From: Octopus vulgaris
Taxonomy: Eukaryota
Assembly: GCA_951406725.2 (NCBI GenBank)
Contig: OX597815.1
Coordinates: 200,942,001 to 201,006,000 of the forward strand
Reading direction: 5' to 3'
DNA: 64,000 bases
Of this stretch, positions 30,331-42,877 are shown piece after piece. Each line of letters opens with the position of its first letter. The stretch's first letter is position 1. The notes below the pieces were generated by a model that saw nothing but the letters and a program-made list of their open reading frames with translations, did not search any database and had not been told where the DNA came from. A program made the translations under genes and the position numbers.

Positions 30331-31063
30331 GAACTTAATTTATTGACCCCAAAAGAATGAACTGCAAAATCGAATTCGGCGGAATTTGAACTCAGAACGT
30401 AAAGACAGACAAAATCCCGCTAAGCATTTGGCCGCCTAGTCTAGGCACAAGGCGCGAAATGGAGGAGGAGCCAGTCGATTAGATCACTTCCAGTACGCAA
30501 CCGGTACTTAATTTATCGATCCTGAAAGGATGAAAAGCAAAGTCGACCTCGGCAGAATTTGAACTCAGAACGTTAAGACATGCAAAATACTAGTAAGCAT
30601 TTCACCAGGCGAGCTAACGTATTTATTTCTTTACTACCCACAAGGGGCTAAACACAGAGGTGACAAACAAGGACAAACAAATGGATTAAGCCGATTACAT
30701 CGACTCTAGTGCGCAACTGGTACTTATTTAATCGACCCCGAAAGGATGAAAGGCAAAGTCGACCTCGGCGGAATTTGAACTCAGAACGTTAAGACATGCA
30801 AAATACTAGTAAGCATTTCACCAGGCGAGCTAACGTATTTATTTCTTTACTACCCACAAGGGGCTAAACACAGAGGTGACAAACAAGGACAGACAAATGG
30901 ATTAAGCCGATTACATCGACTCTAGTGCGCAACTGGTACTTATTTAATCGACCCCGAAAGGATGAAAGGCTAAGTCGACCTCGGCGGAATTTGAACTCAG
31001 AACGTAGCGGCAGACGAAATACCGCTCAGCATTTCGCTAACGTTTCATCCAGCTCGCCGCCTT
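30331..31063 (-). mobile_element. Stack of family-A SINEs including a ~216-bp tandem duplication
   Basis: Four Nin-type cores in a row; the private variant CGTTAAGACATGCAAAATACTAGTAAGC occurs at 30571 and 30787. Confidence 0.8.
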
Positions 31064-31477
31064 CGTGAGGAGAAATATTAATTCAGGAATTTCTCCATCA
31101 AATCATATGTCTGGCGGGACCCATTACGCATTACCATAATGAAGAATATTGCAACTAATCAACATAAATTCTCCATCAACAGATCTTTCGATAGATAAAT
31201 GCTTTGATACATACGAACAAAGTGCATCAAGCAGGTGTGAATGTGTGTGTCTGTTGGCGGGGGTCTGCGCATTATCTGCATGGATATACATGTGCATATA
31301 CGTATGTATTCATATTCGTGTTTATATTCATAAATTTGTGCGTGGCAAGAACTAATGAAAGGGAGATTCCAGTTAGCAGTTTTCTCCTTTGAACTGTAAT
31401 AGATTTATTTTTTAATTTACAATCCCACACATCGCATAGATTCGTTATATATTCATCCAAGACAGAGACAATTACCT

Positions 31478-31708
31478 ATTTCTTTATTACCCACAAGGGG
31501 CTAAACACAGAGGAGACAAACAAGGACAGACATAGGTATTAAGTCGATTACATCGACTCCAGTGCGCAACCGGTACTTAATTTATCGACCCCGAAAGGAT
31601 GAAAGGCAAAGTCGACCTCGGCGGAATTTGAACTCACAACGTAACGCAGACGAACTACCGCTAAGCATTTCGCCCGGCGTGCTAACGTTTCTGTCAGCTC
31701 GCCGCCTT
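31478..31708 (-). mobile_element. Family-A SINE, full length, with TSD
   Basis: Reverse complement of 697-924; flanked by AGAC(A/G)GAGACAATTACC. Confidence 0.85.
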
Positions 31709-31792
31709 TAGACGGAGACAATTACCGACCTTCTATGCAGCAGAGAATTTTCAGCATGAGACAAATGGTACCCTTGTGAACCGACAAATAAA

Positions 31793-31828
<36 letters not shown>

Positions 31829-32661
31829 TTGCGCGTGTGTGTATGACTGAATATATGTATGAATGAAAGTATGTAAGTTCCCATATTTGGAAATGTTAGG
31901 AACCAGAAGATGTACCAATACCTTTGCGATCGAGTGTCAATAACCTAACGGCCAATGCTCATAGTACAATTTAGGTGCAGTACGGCCTACGAAAACGGAT
32001 ATATGATTGCAAAATCTGATGAGAATAGATTCAAAATTTCATTATTCAGAAACAAAATCTGTTATTGCCAATATATATTCTCTCGTGAGTGTGTAAGCTA
32101 TTATCCGTAAAGGAAAAAAAGAAAACAAACTTGTGTGAGCTTACCAGTATGCAGTGTGGCAAATCATATCAATTTATGTCTAGGTATACGTTAATGGTTA
32201 AGTGAGAATCCTATTAAAACTGTATTTTTGTATATAGGCCTTTCAAAGGCATTAGACATTTTAGAAAAAAATAAATTAAAAAATTGAATCATATAGAGAT
32301 GGCAAATACAGATGAAAGCCGAAAATGAAAAGCAAAACAGAAGAAAAAAAAACGATGGTGAATAAGATCGACTTACCAACTGGATATGGTTGAATGCTTT
32401 TAAAATTGGAGTAATGTGTTTGACACGTTTATAGATTAATTTTCGTTTTGTCGTAAACATTCCATTGATTCGTGATTCATATTATATCGTTGAAAACAAT
32501 TTTTCCCTCTCATTTTTTTTTCCTTTTTTAATACTTTCTGACAAACAATTTAAAATTGAGATAAACGCCTACGCGGTGTATGTGTCGAAGTAATGGCTAA
32601 ATCGTATATTGTACACGTGCGTGTGTGCTTGTGTATATATATGTATGTATTTATATTTGTT

Positions 32662-32695
<34 letters not shown>

Positions 32696-32698
<3 letters not shown>

Positions 32699-32878
32699 GT
32701 ACATGAAGCCCAGTTACAACTACAGCCGGCTATTACCAGTAAAGGTCTTAGTTGCCAATTTTGTACAAGACATTGTAGATCTTTAGCTGGGCTAAAAAGT
32801 CACATTCGATCACAGCATCAGTAACAGTTAAGCTTCGTGCAATGGCCATGCTCGATAACGAGTAGCATAATGATAATA
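32696..32878 (+). mobile_element. 3' end of an RTE-like LINE (C-terminal C2H2 finger plus short tail)
   Basis: LSCQFCTRHCRSLAGLKSHIRSQH* resembles the C-terminal finger of RTE-clade ORFs; followed by a short UTR and ATAATGATAATA tail. Confidence 0.55.
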
Positions 32879-33950
32879 ACCTGAATCCAAACAAAGAAGA
32901 ATAAACAAGAACAAATAATAACGCGTGGACATGGTACAAGTACTGTATTATCAGACACTCAGGAAAGAAAGGTTAGAGGATTTAACTTTTCGAGCCTTGC
33001 TCTTCTTCAGAAATAGAGAGAAGTCCAAAGGAAGGGAAGATGGAGGAAGAAAATCACCAAGGATACACACGCGATTGCATTTAGAAATAGATATATATAT
33101 ATATAGTTGGAAAAGAAACAATAAACAAAACAAAAGACGAAGACAGGTGTGTAAACAACAAACAGACATAGTTTATCACTTGGAAAGTGAAGAAGTCTTT
33201 TACGTTTCGAACCTACGCTCTTCAACAAATATAAACACAAATAAGCATAGAGAGAAAATAAAGAAATGGTTTACTGGCTAGGGATCACTCATGGCGAATC
33301 CCGGCCAGAGGTAGTCAGACATGAGAGCTAGGTGGTAGGAGAGATACAGGTAGTGGTGATTCCCAAACTAAGGTGCGTGTGCATGTGTATGTGAGTGCGT
33401 GTATGTGCGTGTGGAGAGGGTGGTGACCATGACATGTGCGTGTATACATGTGTAGGCGTATCGATGATGGTGTGGTTATTGGTGAAGCGGTCAGTGCTGC
33501 TGTGTGTGGGGTGGTATTGTAGTGTGTGGTTTGGTGGTGTGTGTGGTGTGTGTGGTGGTGTGTGCTGTAGTGTGGCGGTGTGTGGTGTGTTGGTATTGGG
33601 GTGTGCAGGAGGCAAAAGTGGACTGGGGTGAGGGTGGGTGTAGGGGTGTGGTATGTGAGAGTGGGGGGTCAGATGTTGGGGTAGGGTGTGGGTGTGGGGT
33701 ATATAGGGGTATGTTGGAGTCGAATGAGTGGGATGGGGTTGGCTTGCGATGTGATGTTTAGAGATGGTGGGGTCGGACTGTGTAAGGGTAGGGTAAAGAT
33801 GGAGGGGTGACAATGAAGGGAGAGGGTACTAAATAAAAGGTTGCTAAATAATATCTGACTTAAAGGTTGTGAATAGAATAGAATGTTTGAATGTATTTTC
33901 TGACCTTCCAGAATGACCCATAGTGGTGGTTGTCGTGGTGGTGGTGGCAA
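32878..33950 (-). mobile_element. Two adjacent Penelope-like terminal fragments, each with a hammerhead-like motif (32980-33014 and 33195-33232), plus a C/A-rich upstream region
   Basis: Minus strand AUUU-CUGAAGA-A-GAGC-AAG-GCUC-GAAA-AGUU-AAAU and UUGUUGA-A-GAGC-GUAG-GUUC-GAAA-CGUA-AAAG; homologues at 9843-10058 and 13683-13775; strand-skewed tract resembles the region downstream of the GIY-YIG remnant at 63.5 kb. Confidence 0.55.
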
Positions 33951-34033
33951 TATCAGACAGATGAATTGGATGAGAGGGAACTGAAGGAGAACGAGGAATA
34001 GGAGGACTTAAAAAACGGCAATGAGAACATAGA

Positions 34034-34250
34034 AGCGTTAGCACGCCGGGCGAAATGCTTATCGGTATTTCGTCTGCCGCTACGTTCTGAGTTCAAATTC
34101 CGCCGTGGTCGACTTTGCCTTTCATCCTTTTGGGGTCGATAAATTAAATACCAGTTACGCACTGGGGTCGATGTAATCGACTTAATACCTATGTCTGTCC
34201 TTGTTTGTCCCTTCTATGTTTAGCCCCTTGTGGGTAATAAAGAAATAGGT
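34034..34250 (+). mobile_element. Family-A SINE
   Basis: Matches 697-924. Confidence 0.8.
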
Positions 34251-34501
34251 ATTAAATGGCAGTGATAGGAAGAGAAAAAGAAACAAAGAGGGAGCAAAGT
34301 AAACATTTAAGTTAAAGGGCATAAAAAAAGATGAATAATACGATGCTTTGCGTATTACATAATTAATCGTAATAAAAATCGGAAAGGAATACGTAAGCCA
34401 TGATTAATGCAAATAGAAAAAAAAAGAAAACATGGCAATTTCCTCGTCAACTATGCCGATCTAGAAGAAGCATACTTACGATATATTTAAAGTAAAATGA
34501 G

Positions 34502-34558
<57 letters not shown>

Positions 34559-34687
34559 ATAGAAAAAAATAAAATAAAATGTAGTACGAAACGATTGTAC
34601 CAAATGACCCGAGTCATTCTTGTTGCTTATTTTGATTATATATATATATATATATTTAAAAAAGGAGATGTGGAACACGAGTTGTGA

Positions 34688-35220
34688 TATATAAAAAAAG
34701 GAAATGAAGAAAATGCTGACAAAATAATTTAAGTAAGGGAGAGTGTATTTAATTAGGTGAAAGTTCTTTTTACCGGTTGCGCATTTATTATGCTTATCAA
34801 AAGATATTTTTTTAAGAGAGATAGAGTTCCTTTGGACACTAGCCAAATTTTAAGGTCTCTGGAGCCTATTTTCTTACCCCAACACCAACTTCCATTCAAG
34901 CATTCACGAAACCCCTTTATAATGACCAATCAAAATTGTATTGACCATTGTCCACAAGAAATTTTAGGCGCGAAACCAAGCAAATCTTAAACAACTCTGG
35001 AGCCTCTTTTTTCACATATAAGAGACAGCAAACCCAACATAAAGTCAGATAAGAGAAAAAATCTATCAGAAAGGAACTCTATCTCTCTCAAAAATGTAAT
35101 ATCTTTTGATTCGCCTATAATAAATGCGCAACCGGTAAAAACTGAACTTTCACCTAATTAAATACACTCTCCCTTACTTAAATTATTTTGTCAGCATTTT
35201 CTTCATTTCCTTTTTATATA
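34688..35220 (+). mobile_element. Penelope-like 3' end with an inverted copy of its terminal repeat (arms 34688-34833 and 35070-35220)
   Basis: ~145-bp inverted arms; spacer translates to EILGAKPSKS..LEPLF.HIRDSKPNI, like the C-terminus of PLE GIY-YIG domains (LE.L.I...KP.LN); flanked by (TA)n. Confidence 0.6.
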
Positions 35221-35345
35221 TATATATACATATTTATACACACACACATACACACATGCACACACACATATATATATATATATGTGCTCATACATATACA
35301 TACACACACATACACACACAGACACACACAGACATACACACACAG

Positions 35346-35377
<32 letters not shown>

Positions 35378-36141
35378 GTACCTCTAAGTTACTGCATATA
35401 TGTACTTCTATGTATGTATGAACGTATGTATCTAGCTACCTATCTATGTACGTATCTATATCTATTCCACACGCATAAAACCTCTTACTAACCTTCGTTT
35501 AGTACCAGTACACTATTTTCTATTTGGTGTCATTTATATACGTAACTTAAGCATAAATTTCATCGCTATTACTGGATGGCGTAAAGTACAAAGAAATATC
35601 GAAATATAGTATTATGCTAGTACCGCAGTCACCTTATATATTTTATCAATATTTTATACGAAATTAGCGAATTTAATTATTGAAGCGACGTGTAAGTCAT
35701 AAATAGGACAACAAACATAATATTCAGCTTCCTCTATCTTTCTTAGACTCAGTTTGCTTCTGTCTGCTTAGTTACTGTACTTTGACTTTCTCCTCCTTTC
35801 TGTTGTTATTCTAATTGTACAAAGTGATATATAATTCATAAATTTCATTCCTACTTAATTGGCCAAATTATCTGTATTTAAACATCTCCGTGTATATACC
35901 GCTTATAAGCGTATGCGCAACAATGCAGGCACTTTCAAGAATAGAGAAATTAAGAATGATATAATTAAATATTTACATATATTCATATATCCATACATCT
36001 TTAGGTATGCACATCTGTACTGATATATGTATATTACGCAGGCAGGGAAAGATGCATACATACATACATACATACACATCTGTATAGATATATGTATGTT
36101 GCGTAGTCAGAAATACATGCATACAGATGTATGTACAGACA

Positions 36142-36219
<78 letters not shown>

Positions 36220-36220
36220 C

Positions 36221-36536
36221 TCAAAATAAGCAACAAGAATGACTCCGGTAATTTGGTACACTTGTTTCGAACTATATCATTTTATTAAATGTTGTAAGTA
36301 TTACAACAGATTTAAGATGCTGAGTACTCATCAGCCAATTATAGAGGTTTTCCATTAATACAAAAGTTTTCAAAACAAGTGATTTGAAAACTTTTTTATT
36401 AATGGAAAACCTCTATAATTGGCTGATGAGTACTCAGCATCTTAAATCTGTTGTAATACTTACAACTTTTAATAAAATGATGTAGTGCGAAACAATTGTA
36501 CCAAATTACCGGAGTCATTCTTGTTGCTTATTTTGA
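36221..36536. repeat. Long near-perfect inverted repeat (arms 36221-36374 and 36383-36536, 8-nt spacer)
   Basis: TCAAAATAAGCAACAAGAATGACTCCGG... is mirrored by ...CCGGAGTCATTCTTGTTGCTTATTTTGA with only a few mismatches; a partial third copy lies at 34580-34637. Confidence 0.92.
36416..36508 (+). ncRNA. Type-I hammerhead ribozyme with long stem II (mirror copy on minus strand at 36249-36341)
   Basis: UAAUUGG-CUGAUGA-GUACU...AGUGC-GAAA-CAAUUG-UA-CCAAAUUA: canonical core, palindromic stem III, GUA triplet; stem II extends through GCAUC/GAUGU and GUUGUAA/UUACAAC. Confidence 0.75.
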
Positions 36537-36640
36537 TTATAACCACCCCACAAATTTTTATGGATAACACCATACAAAATTCTGGTGCATCTAAATTAAG
36601 TACCATATTCATTCGAATCTAAATTTTTGTTGAACTTATA

Positions 36641-36683
<43 letters not shown>

Positions 36684-36831
36684 GATATATATATATGACG
36701 TGGCCGACCAGGCTATCAGTTGCTTACACAGATGTTTTAGCCTTCAAACGACGCCACGTCAATGAGCAACGTGAAAATATGCTGGTTTGCTCAGGAACAC
36801 GAGGCACGACCCATATATAGCAATCGTTTAC

Positions 36832-36936
<105 letters not shown>

Positions 36937-36999
36937 GTGACCGATCAGGCTATCAGATGTTGCTACACATCGCTGGTCACAATGCGCTTCTTTGATGCA

Positions 37000-38941
37000 A
37001 ATATACTGTTAGATCACTTACACCTTGCTTTTTAACATCTTGCATACAATACATCACATTTAGCTCACTCTGTATTCATATTACGTAAAAAAAAATGGTT
37101 ACTAACAATTGGTCTATAAAGAATTTAAAGCATCCACTGGTAAGTTTTAGCGATATTCTTCACTTTTCCTGAAAATGAAATCTTCTATGAATTTACGCTC
37201 TTCTTCGGATGAATTTCGCGTTTTTAATTGGTCAAGCATTGAGTTAATAATTTTGTTATAGAGCATTCTATAATGTTGTTGGGGATCAATAGATTTATTC
37301 CCAGATCTCTTAATTTCGATTGCGGCATCGATCCCATATTTTTTCCCAATCGTATCATAAAATATTGAATATTCCTCGAGTTTATTTTTGAGCACAGTTT
37401 CAATTTTTATCTATTTGCTCTTTGCAATAAACTATGTCATGACTTTTCGTTCGAAAGATATTAAAACAGACATTAGTGAAAGAAAATATGTCACTAAATA
37501 CTTCTAGAAAAAATAAGAAATCGGGAGCTTTTGAATTATGTAAGAATACATCCAATAGTAGAATTTATTGTGGTCTCACCCCATGCTTAAGGATTTTCAA
37601 TGATGTCTTCAAAACTTGCACATGCATGTGCTACTAGCCGAAATCCAGCAAGCAATCAGGAGAGAATGCGCGCCGTTTCAGGGATACCTCTCGACGGCAA
37701 CATTGCCCACCGGCGCCCCACTCCCTGACATAAGGCCCCACTTGCTAGATCAACTGGTTATCAGATATAGCTCAGTATTCCACTCATCGCTCATTGTCTC
37801 TTTTTAACCAATGCATATGACATTTTCTGAGACGTTCTCAAAATGTTCCTCCTATTTTGTAATCTGTCCTTGTTGAGCGCATTATATTGTAGAAAAAAAT
37901 ATTTGCATTCATTTATAGAAGAGCGTGTTTACGAAAGAACTAAACTTACGGCAGGAGCAACGCAATGAAGAAAGATTGCACATTCAGATTTCTTCCTTGC
38001 CTTTGACTGCAACATTTTAAATGTCCTTCCATTTTAACTGCACAATCATAGATTTGTGCATTTGTTTCCACACTTCCACGTTTCAAAACATGTTCAGATA
38101 AAGCATTTGTTGAGCGATCTGCACTAACGTCATTAAAGCCGATACATCGTTCTTTAATAACACAATCTCTGATAACACAACGTAAAACAGTTGACAGACG
38201 CGAAAAATTCGATACACAAGACGTTTCCCCTACAAAAATAGCTACAAATTTAGTCTTCTTCAGTTAATTTTCTATTTCATCCAATATAACTTTTTGAACT
38301 GCATCGATTATGTCATTTTGAATTCTGTTTGCAAAACTTGAGAAAATAAGCTGTATGAAATTGGCTAGCGAATTTTTTGTCATATTTACTGATTAAATAT
38401 AAGAGTTCTTTATAATTTCCGCGATTATTAGATTCTTTAGATACAAAATGACCCTGGAATGACAATTCCTGGCGACCAAAAAAAGTAATCAATCGTTGCA
38501 GAATGGATCTATTTCGTCTGAATTCTTCATTATGTTGCTGTATGCTCTGTATTTTATACGCATCCAGTTGCAAGTCTATAAGAAAATTCCCAAATAAATG
38601 TTTTAAGATCTATTAATGATTTTATATGTCTTCGAGAACGTTCATGTTTTAGCACGGCCATATGTAGATAATTTAAACCATAGTAACCTTTATCACTCCA
38701 GACAGAGTTTTCTAAACTAGGTCCTCAGAATAACTTATTTAGAATAGCACATTCAGTTAACCATTTTTTTTCTTCCATTCATGCAAATTAGTCTGAAATT
38801 GTCGAATACATTTCTTACTAGAATTTCGCAAATTAGGTAATTTCGGCGTAGGTTTGCCATCGCTTATGTTTGTTTCCATTCAAAGTCTATTTTGAAAATG
38901 TATTTTCCGACAGGTCTATAACACACATTTCTGTCATTTCG
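37000..38941 (-). pseudogene. Decayed hAT-superfamily transposase (TTF-type zinc finger/DUF4371, ZMYM1-like)
   Basis: GKPTPKLPNL, KWLTECAILNKLF, VWSDKGY..L..L..AVLKHERS..H, then HNEEFRRNRSILQRLI..GRQELSFQGH..S.ESNNRGNYKELL and YRMLYNKIINSMLDQLKTR; many stops. Confidence 0.8.
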
Positions 38942-38998
38942 ACTAATATTTCGTAAGTTCAAAAGATTTTATAAAAGAAATATGCATACGCACGGGTA

Positions 38999-39110
<112 letters not shown>

Positions 39111-39809
39111 CGTGCGTGTGTGTGTTTGTGTGTGTATGTGTGTGTGCATGAACTGAGAGTCAATCTGAATAAAGCAGAAGATAATCTTAACAAATCAACG
39201 AAGCAACGAAATATTCTCGCCAAAAGAGAGAAGTTCCAATTTATATGAGACAGATAAAACGTACGCAAATGTAATAATAAACAGAGATAATTAATAATTT
39301 TGCTTTTTTGGCAAAAGTTGGGTCCTAGTACTGTGAATGAAAGAACCGATGTACATAATAAAGAACTTTAAAAGGGGTTTTATTAGTACCTATTCACTGA
39401 GGTCAAATGGTCAAATCCATTCAACCACGTGGTCAGTCTTTAGTGATACCAATTATAAGAACTGATAGACAGTAATATTGACAGACAGAGAGAGGAGACC
39501 AAAAAAAAATCCTTCATGCATTTTTAATATTGCATAACTTCGAAGCTATTTTTAACGGGATGGGAAATGAGGTCAAGTAGAGATGTCTTCAATACTCCGA
39601 GTAATGCTGTATTTGTGTTGCGTCTCACCGTCTTCTTTGAAGCAAATTATCGAGTTAGTTTTGTTTTCAATGCTTTTACCAATTTTTTCGATGTAGTTAC
39701 AAATAACTTACGTTTTAGATATATTTTTGATTTATAAGAAATAAATGTCTATGCAATGCATAGTGTGCAATAGCTAGAGCGTACATCACAGGTATATGTT
39801 TACACAGCG

Positions 39810-39912
<103 letters not shown>

Positions 39913-40378
39913 GAGATTCATTCAAGCCTAATTATTATGTGGTGTTTCATCACTTTACATTATTGTATAACCACCACCTTTCTTCAGGCGATATATGTCA
40001 GTTTGTTAGCCAAATCAAGATAAGCTTTGATAGTAAAAATGCTTACTCTTATGGCGTGCTTTTATGCTGATGACTGAAGGCCATTTATGGCCTTATAAAA
40101 TGGCGCGTTTCCCCAATAATATGAAGTCATGTAATACCACATATCAATTTATACAACTGAACAAGCTACTGAAGTGCGTGTAATTTGAAGTGTCCATTAC
40201 ATTTTCTTTAGTTATGTGTTATTTATATATATTACTTATGTTGGATTTACATCATTGATATAAGTATAGATTTACGGGATACCTGGGTTTGGTTTTATCA
40301 TAGAAACTCTTAAATTCCTTTGATTTCAATACGTTAATCGTTAGCATCTTTTTGGAACATCTATACTATATTATACTT

Positions 40379-40462
<84 letters not shown>

Positions 40463-40467
40463 GCTAC

Positions 40468-40553
<86 letters not shown>

Positions 40554-40585
40554 ATCTATCTATCTATATATATATATATATAGCA

Positions 40586-40632
40586 AAAACTGTCCGATGA
40601 ACGGCAACGGGAAACTCAGAGTAACAGGTTTT
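40586..40632 (+). ncRNA. Degenerate type-I hammerhead motif in a short fragment between (TA)n runs
   Basis: AAAACUGU-CCGAUGA-ACG-GCAA-CGG-GAAA-CUCAGAG-UA-ACAGGUUUU; U4C and one stem II mismatch; AATAAA about 20 nt downstream. Confidence 0.55.
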
Positions 40633-41065
40633 GTTGAATTTTCTAATGCTTTAAATAAAGTATTATATATCTATATATATATATGCATATATAGGTGTGC
40701 GTGTGCTTAAGTGTGTGTATGTGTTAGTTGTTATTTATACAGTTTCCACTTATATTTTCTTAATGATGCAGTGAAGTTGGGGGATCTTTGAAAAAAAAGA
40801 AAATTCGTAGCCCTCATAGGAAAAATACAAATTATGACTATCGCTTTATAACTTCATTAATACCCTTTCGATTTATTTTGTTACTATATGCGTTTCCTAC
40901 TTATCATTAAAGGACCATAAATATCTGCTTAATGCGGTACAATCTCCTGTATTGTTTTTACAAACGTAGCCACACGCACACAAATGCACACACATGAGCA
41001 CACGAGCGCGCGCACATGTATATATATGTGAGTGTGTGTGTGTGTGTGTGTGTCTGTGTGCGTGC

Positions 41066-41101
<36 letters not shown>

Positions 41102-41640
41102 ATGTGAGTCCGTGTGCGTACGAGTGAGATATACTTTGTCAGTTGATTATGGCGTTGTCCTATCAACTGCCAAAACTATTTGAAAGTGCGAAACAAGTGG
41201 TGCTGAAGATTATCGTGCTCTTCATTTGCTGATCTATGAAAAGAAGTACTTGAACCAGAAAGCACTTGTTTAGCGTGTGCGTAACTTCTCTTTCTTACGC
41301 TATATTTTCAACGTGTCTCAAGGACCTGAAATCATGTTATTTCGTTGTCACATTTGCATGTTATTCCCAATGACACAAAACAAAAGTCCGACTTACGTTG
41401 AACCAAGTTCTTCAGGATTTAGTAATTTGTGAAGACTATAAATGCGTGAGCGACGCTTCAAATACATTTGTTTTACATTATCGGCTGATTTTTTGTTAAT
41501 GCGTGTGTGTTTGTCTGTGTGCGTGTGCGTGCGTGTATCTGTGGGTACGTACATGTGTGTATATGTGTGTGTTTCATGCTTTGTATATTATTCATTATAT
41601 TGGTTACATTTTTTTCTGACATTATCGGTTGATTTTTGTT

Positions 41641-42281
41641 AATATTTCTCATCCGTGCTGATTGAAGATCAGGATACGTGAGACTGCTCCGGTTCCTTCT
41701 GTTGACCCCACTCACATCTATAGTGCAAAAATAGCGGTCAACGCCATGGTTTGTCGGCTCTCTCCAAACCATGGGAATTCCATACTTCAGAAATCTTTTC
41801 TTCCCCTTGGTGCATTAGCGCAAATTGTCGGTGCATGCTTCGCATACCATATGTGGCGCCGAAGCTTTATCCTGTATACCAAATTTAATACCAAAATAAG
41901 CATGATAAACACGTTTTATGAAACGTGAATGGATTCGTGTTAAGAGCAATGGTGTATTCAGCGCAGATGTAGCAGAATACGCAGGGCTTACATTTAGTGG
42001 TGGAAGCCATTTCATTCACCTGTTAGATTAAAATACCAATTAGTTATAAATAGGCGAATGCAAGCTCTTCTGAGTTCGTTTATTTCAAGACATAAAAAAA
42101 AAAGAAATTTCATCATATAAAGCAAACATACACGTACATGTATAGAAAAACGTAAAAAATGACATGTGGACGTAGTTCAAAAAAGCTGACCTGATTGAGC
42201 AAAACTAATGTGATTTTGACATCAGAAATGTCTTAAATCAGCTAAAAAAAAATAGACAATGCTTTTGTTGTTGAGCAGTAC
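41641..42281 (-). pseudogene. 5' fragment of a Chapaev3-like (CMC superfamily) DNA transposon
   Basis: FIKRVYHAYFGIKFGIQDKASAPHMVCEAC and MVWREPTNHGVDRYFC..SGVNRRNR..LTYPDLQSA are recognisable transposase N-terminal motifs; terminus reads (T)ACTGCTCAACAAC. Superfamily assignment is from recall and needs a Repbase/Dfam check. Confidence 0.6.
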
Positions 42282-42643
42282 GCCGTTATATATATATATA
42301 GCTATAAATCGTCATATTGCTCAATATGTTCGCGACTGTCTGATGATCGGCTTCATGAAATGCTGAGTAACAATGCGTAGACAATTCTCTGCTTCAATAC
42401 AATGATATTTTACGCCAGGTCTATTTTCCGCACATTGTTTGTATGTATGTACGTATGTACGTATGCATGCTTGAATGAATGTGCGTGTATACTACGTATG
42501 TTACTAGGTTGATTGATACATACACACATATGTGTGTGTGTGTGTGTATGTGTTATACATATGCCAATACGTATGCATATGTTCGTGAGTATGTTTATGC
42601 TTGTGTGTTACTAGAATTGCAAGTTATATACTTTTCAAGTCAT

Positions 42644-42877
42644 TAGGCGGCGAGCTGGCAGAAACGTTAGCGCCGGGCGAAATGCTTAGCGGTATTTCGT
42701 CTGCCGTTACATTCTGAGTTCCAAATTCCGCCGAGGTCGACTTTGCCTTTCATCCTTTCGGGGTCGATAAATTAAGTACCAGTTTACGCACTGGGTCGAT
42801 CTAATTGACTTAATCCATTTGTTTGTCCTTGTGTGCCCCCTCTATATTTGAACCCTTGTGGGTAGTAAAGAAATATA
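42644..42877 (+). mobile_element. Family-A SINE with 19-bp TSD
   Basis: TATATACTTTTCAAGTCAT at 42625-42643 and 42878-42896. Confidence 0.88.

Noticed and set aside
32012-32046. CTGATGAGAATAGATTCAAAATTTC hammerhead-like match
   Set aside because: AAAA replaces the essential GAAA, the loop is only 2 nt and stem I is weak.
33328-33813. His/Pro/Thr-rich 161-aa ORF
   Set aside because: Product of a G/T versus C/A strand-skewed tract belonging to a repeat; no domain.
40067-40100. CTGATGA followed by an AAGGCCAT/ATGGCCTT hairpin (also lone CTGATGA at 12577 and 22806)
   Set aside because: No correctly placed GAAA or stems I and III.
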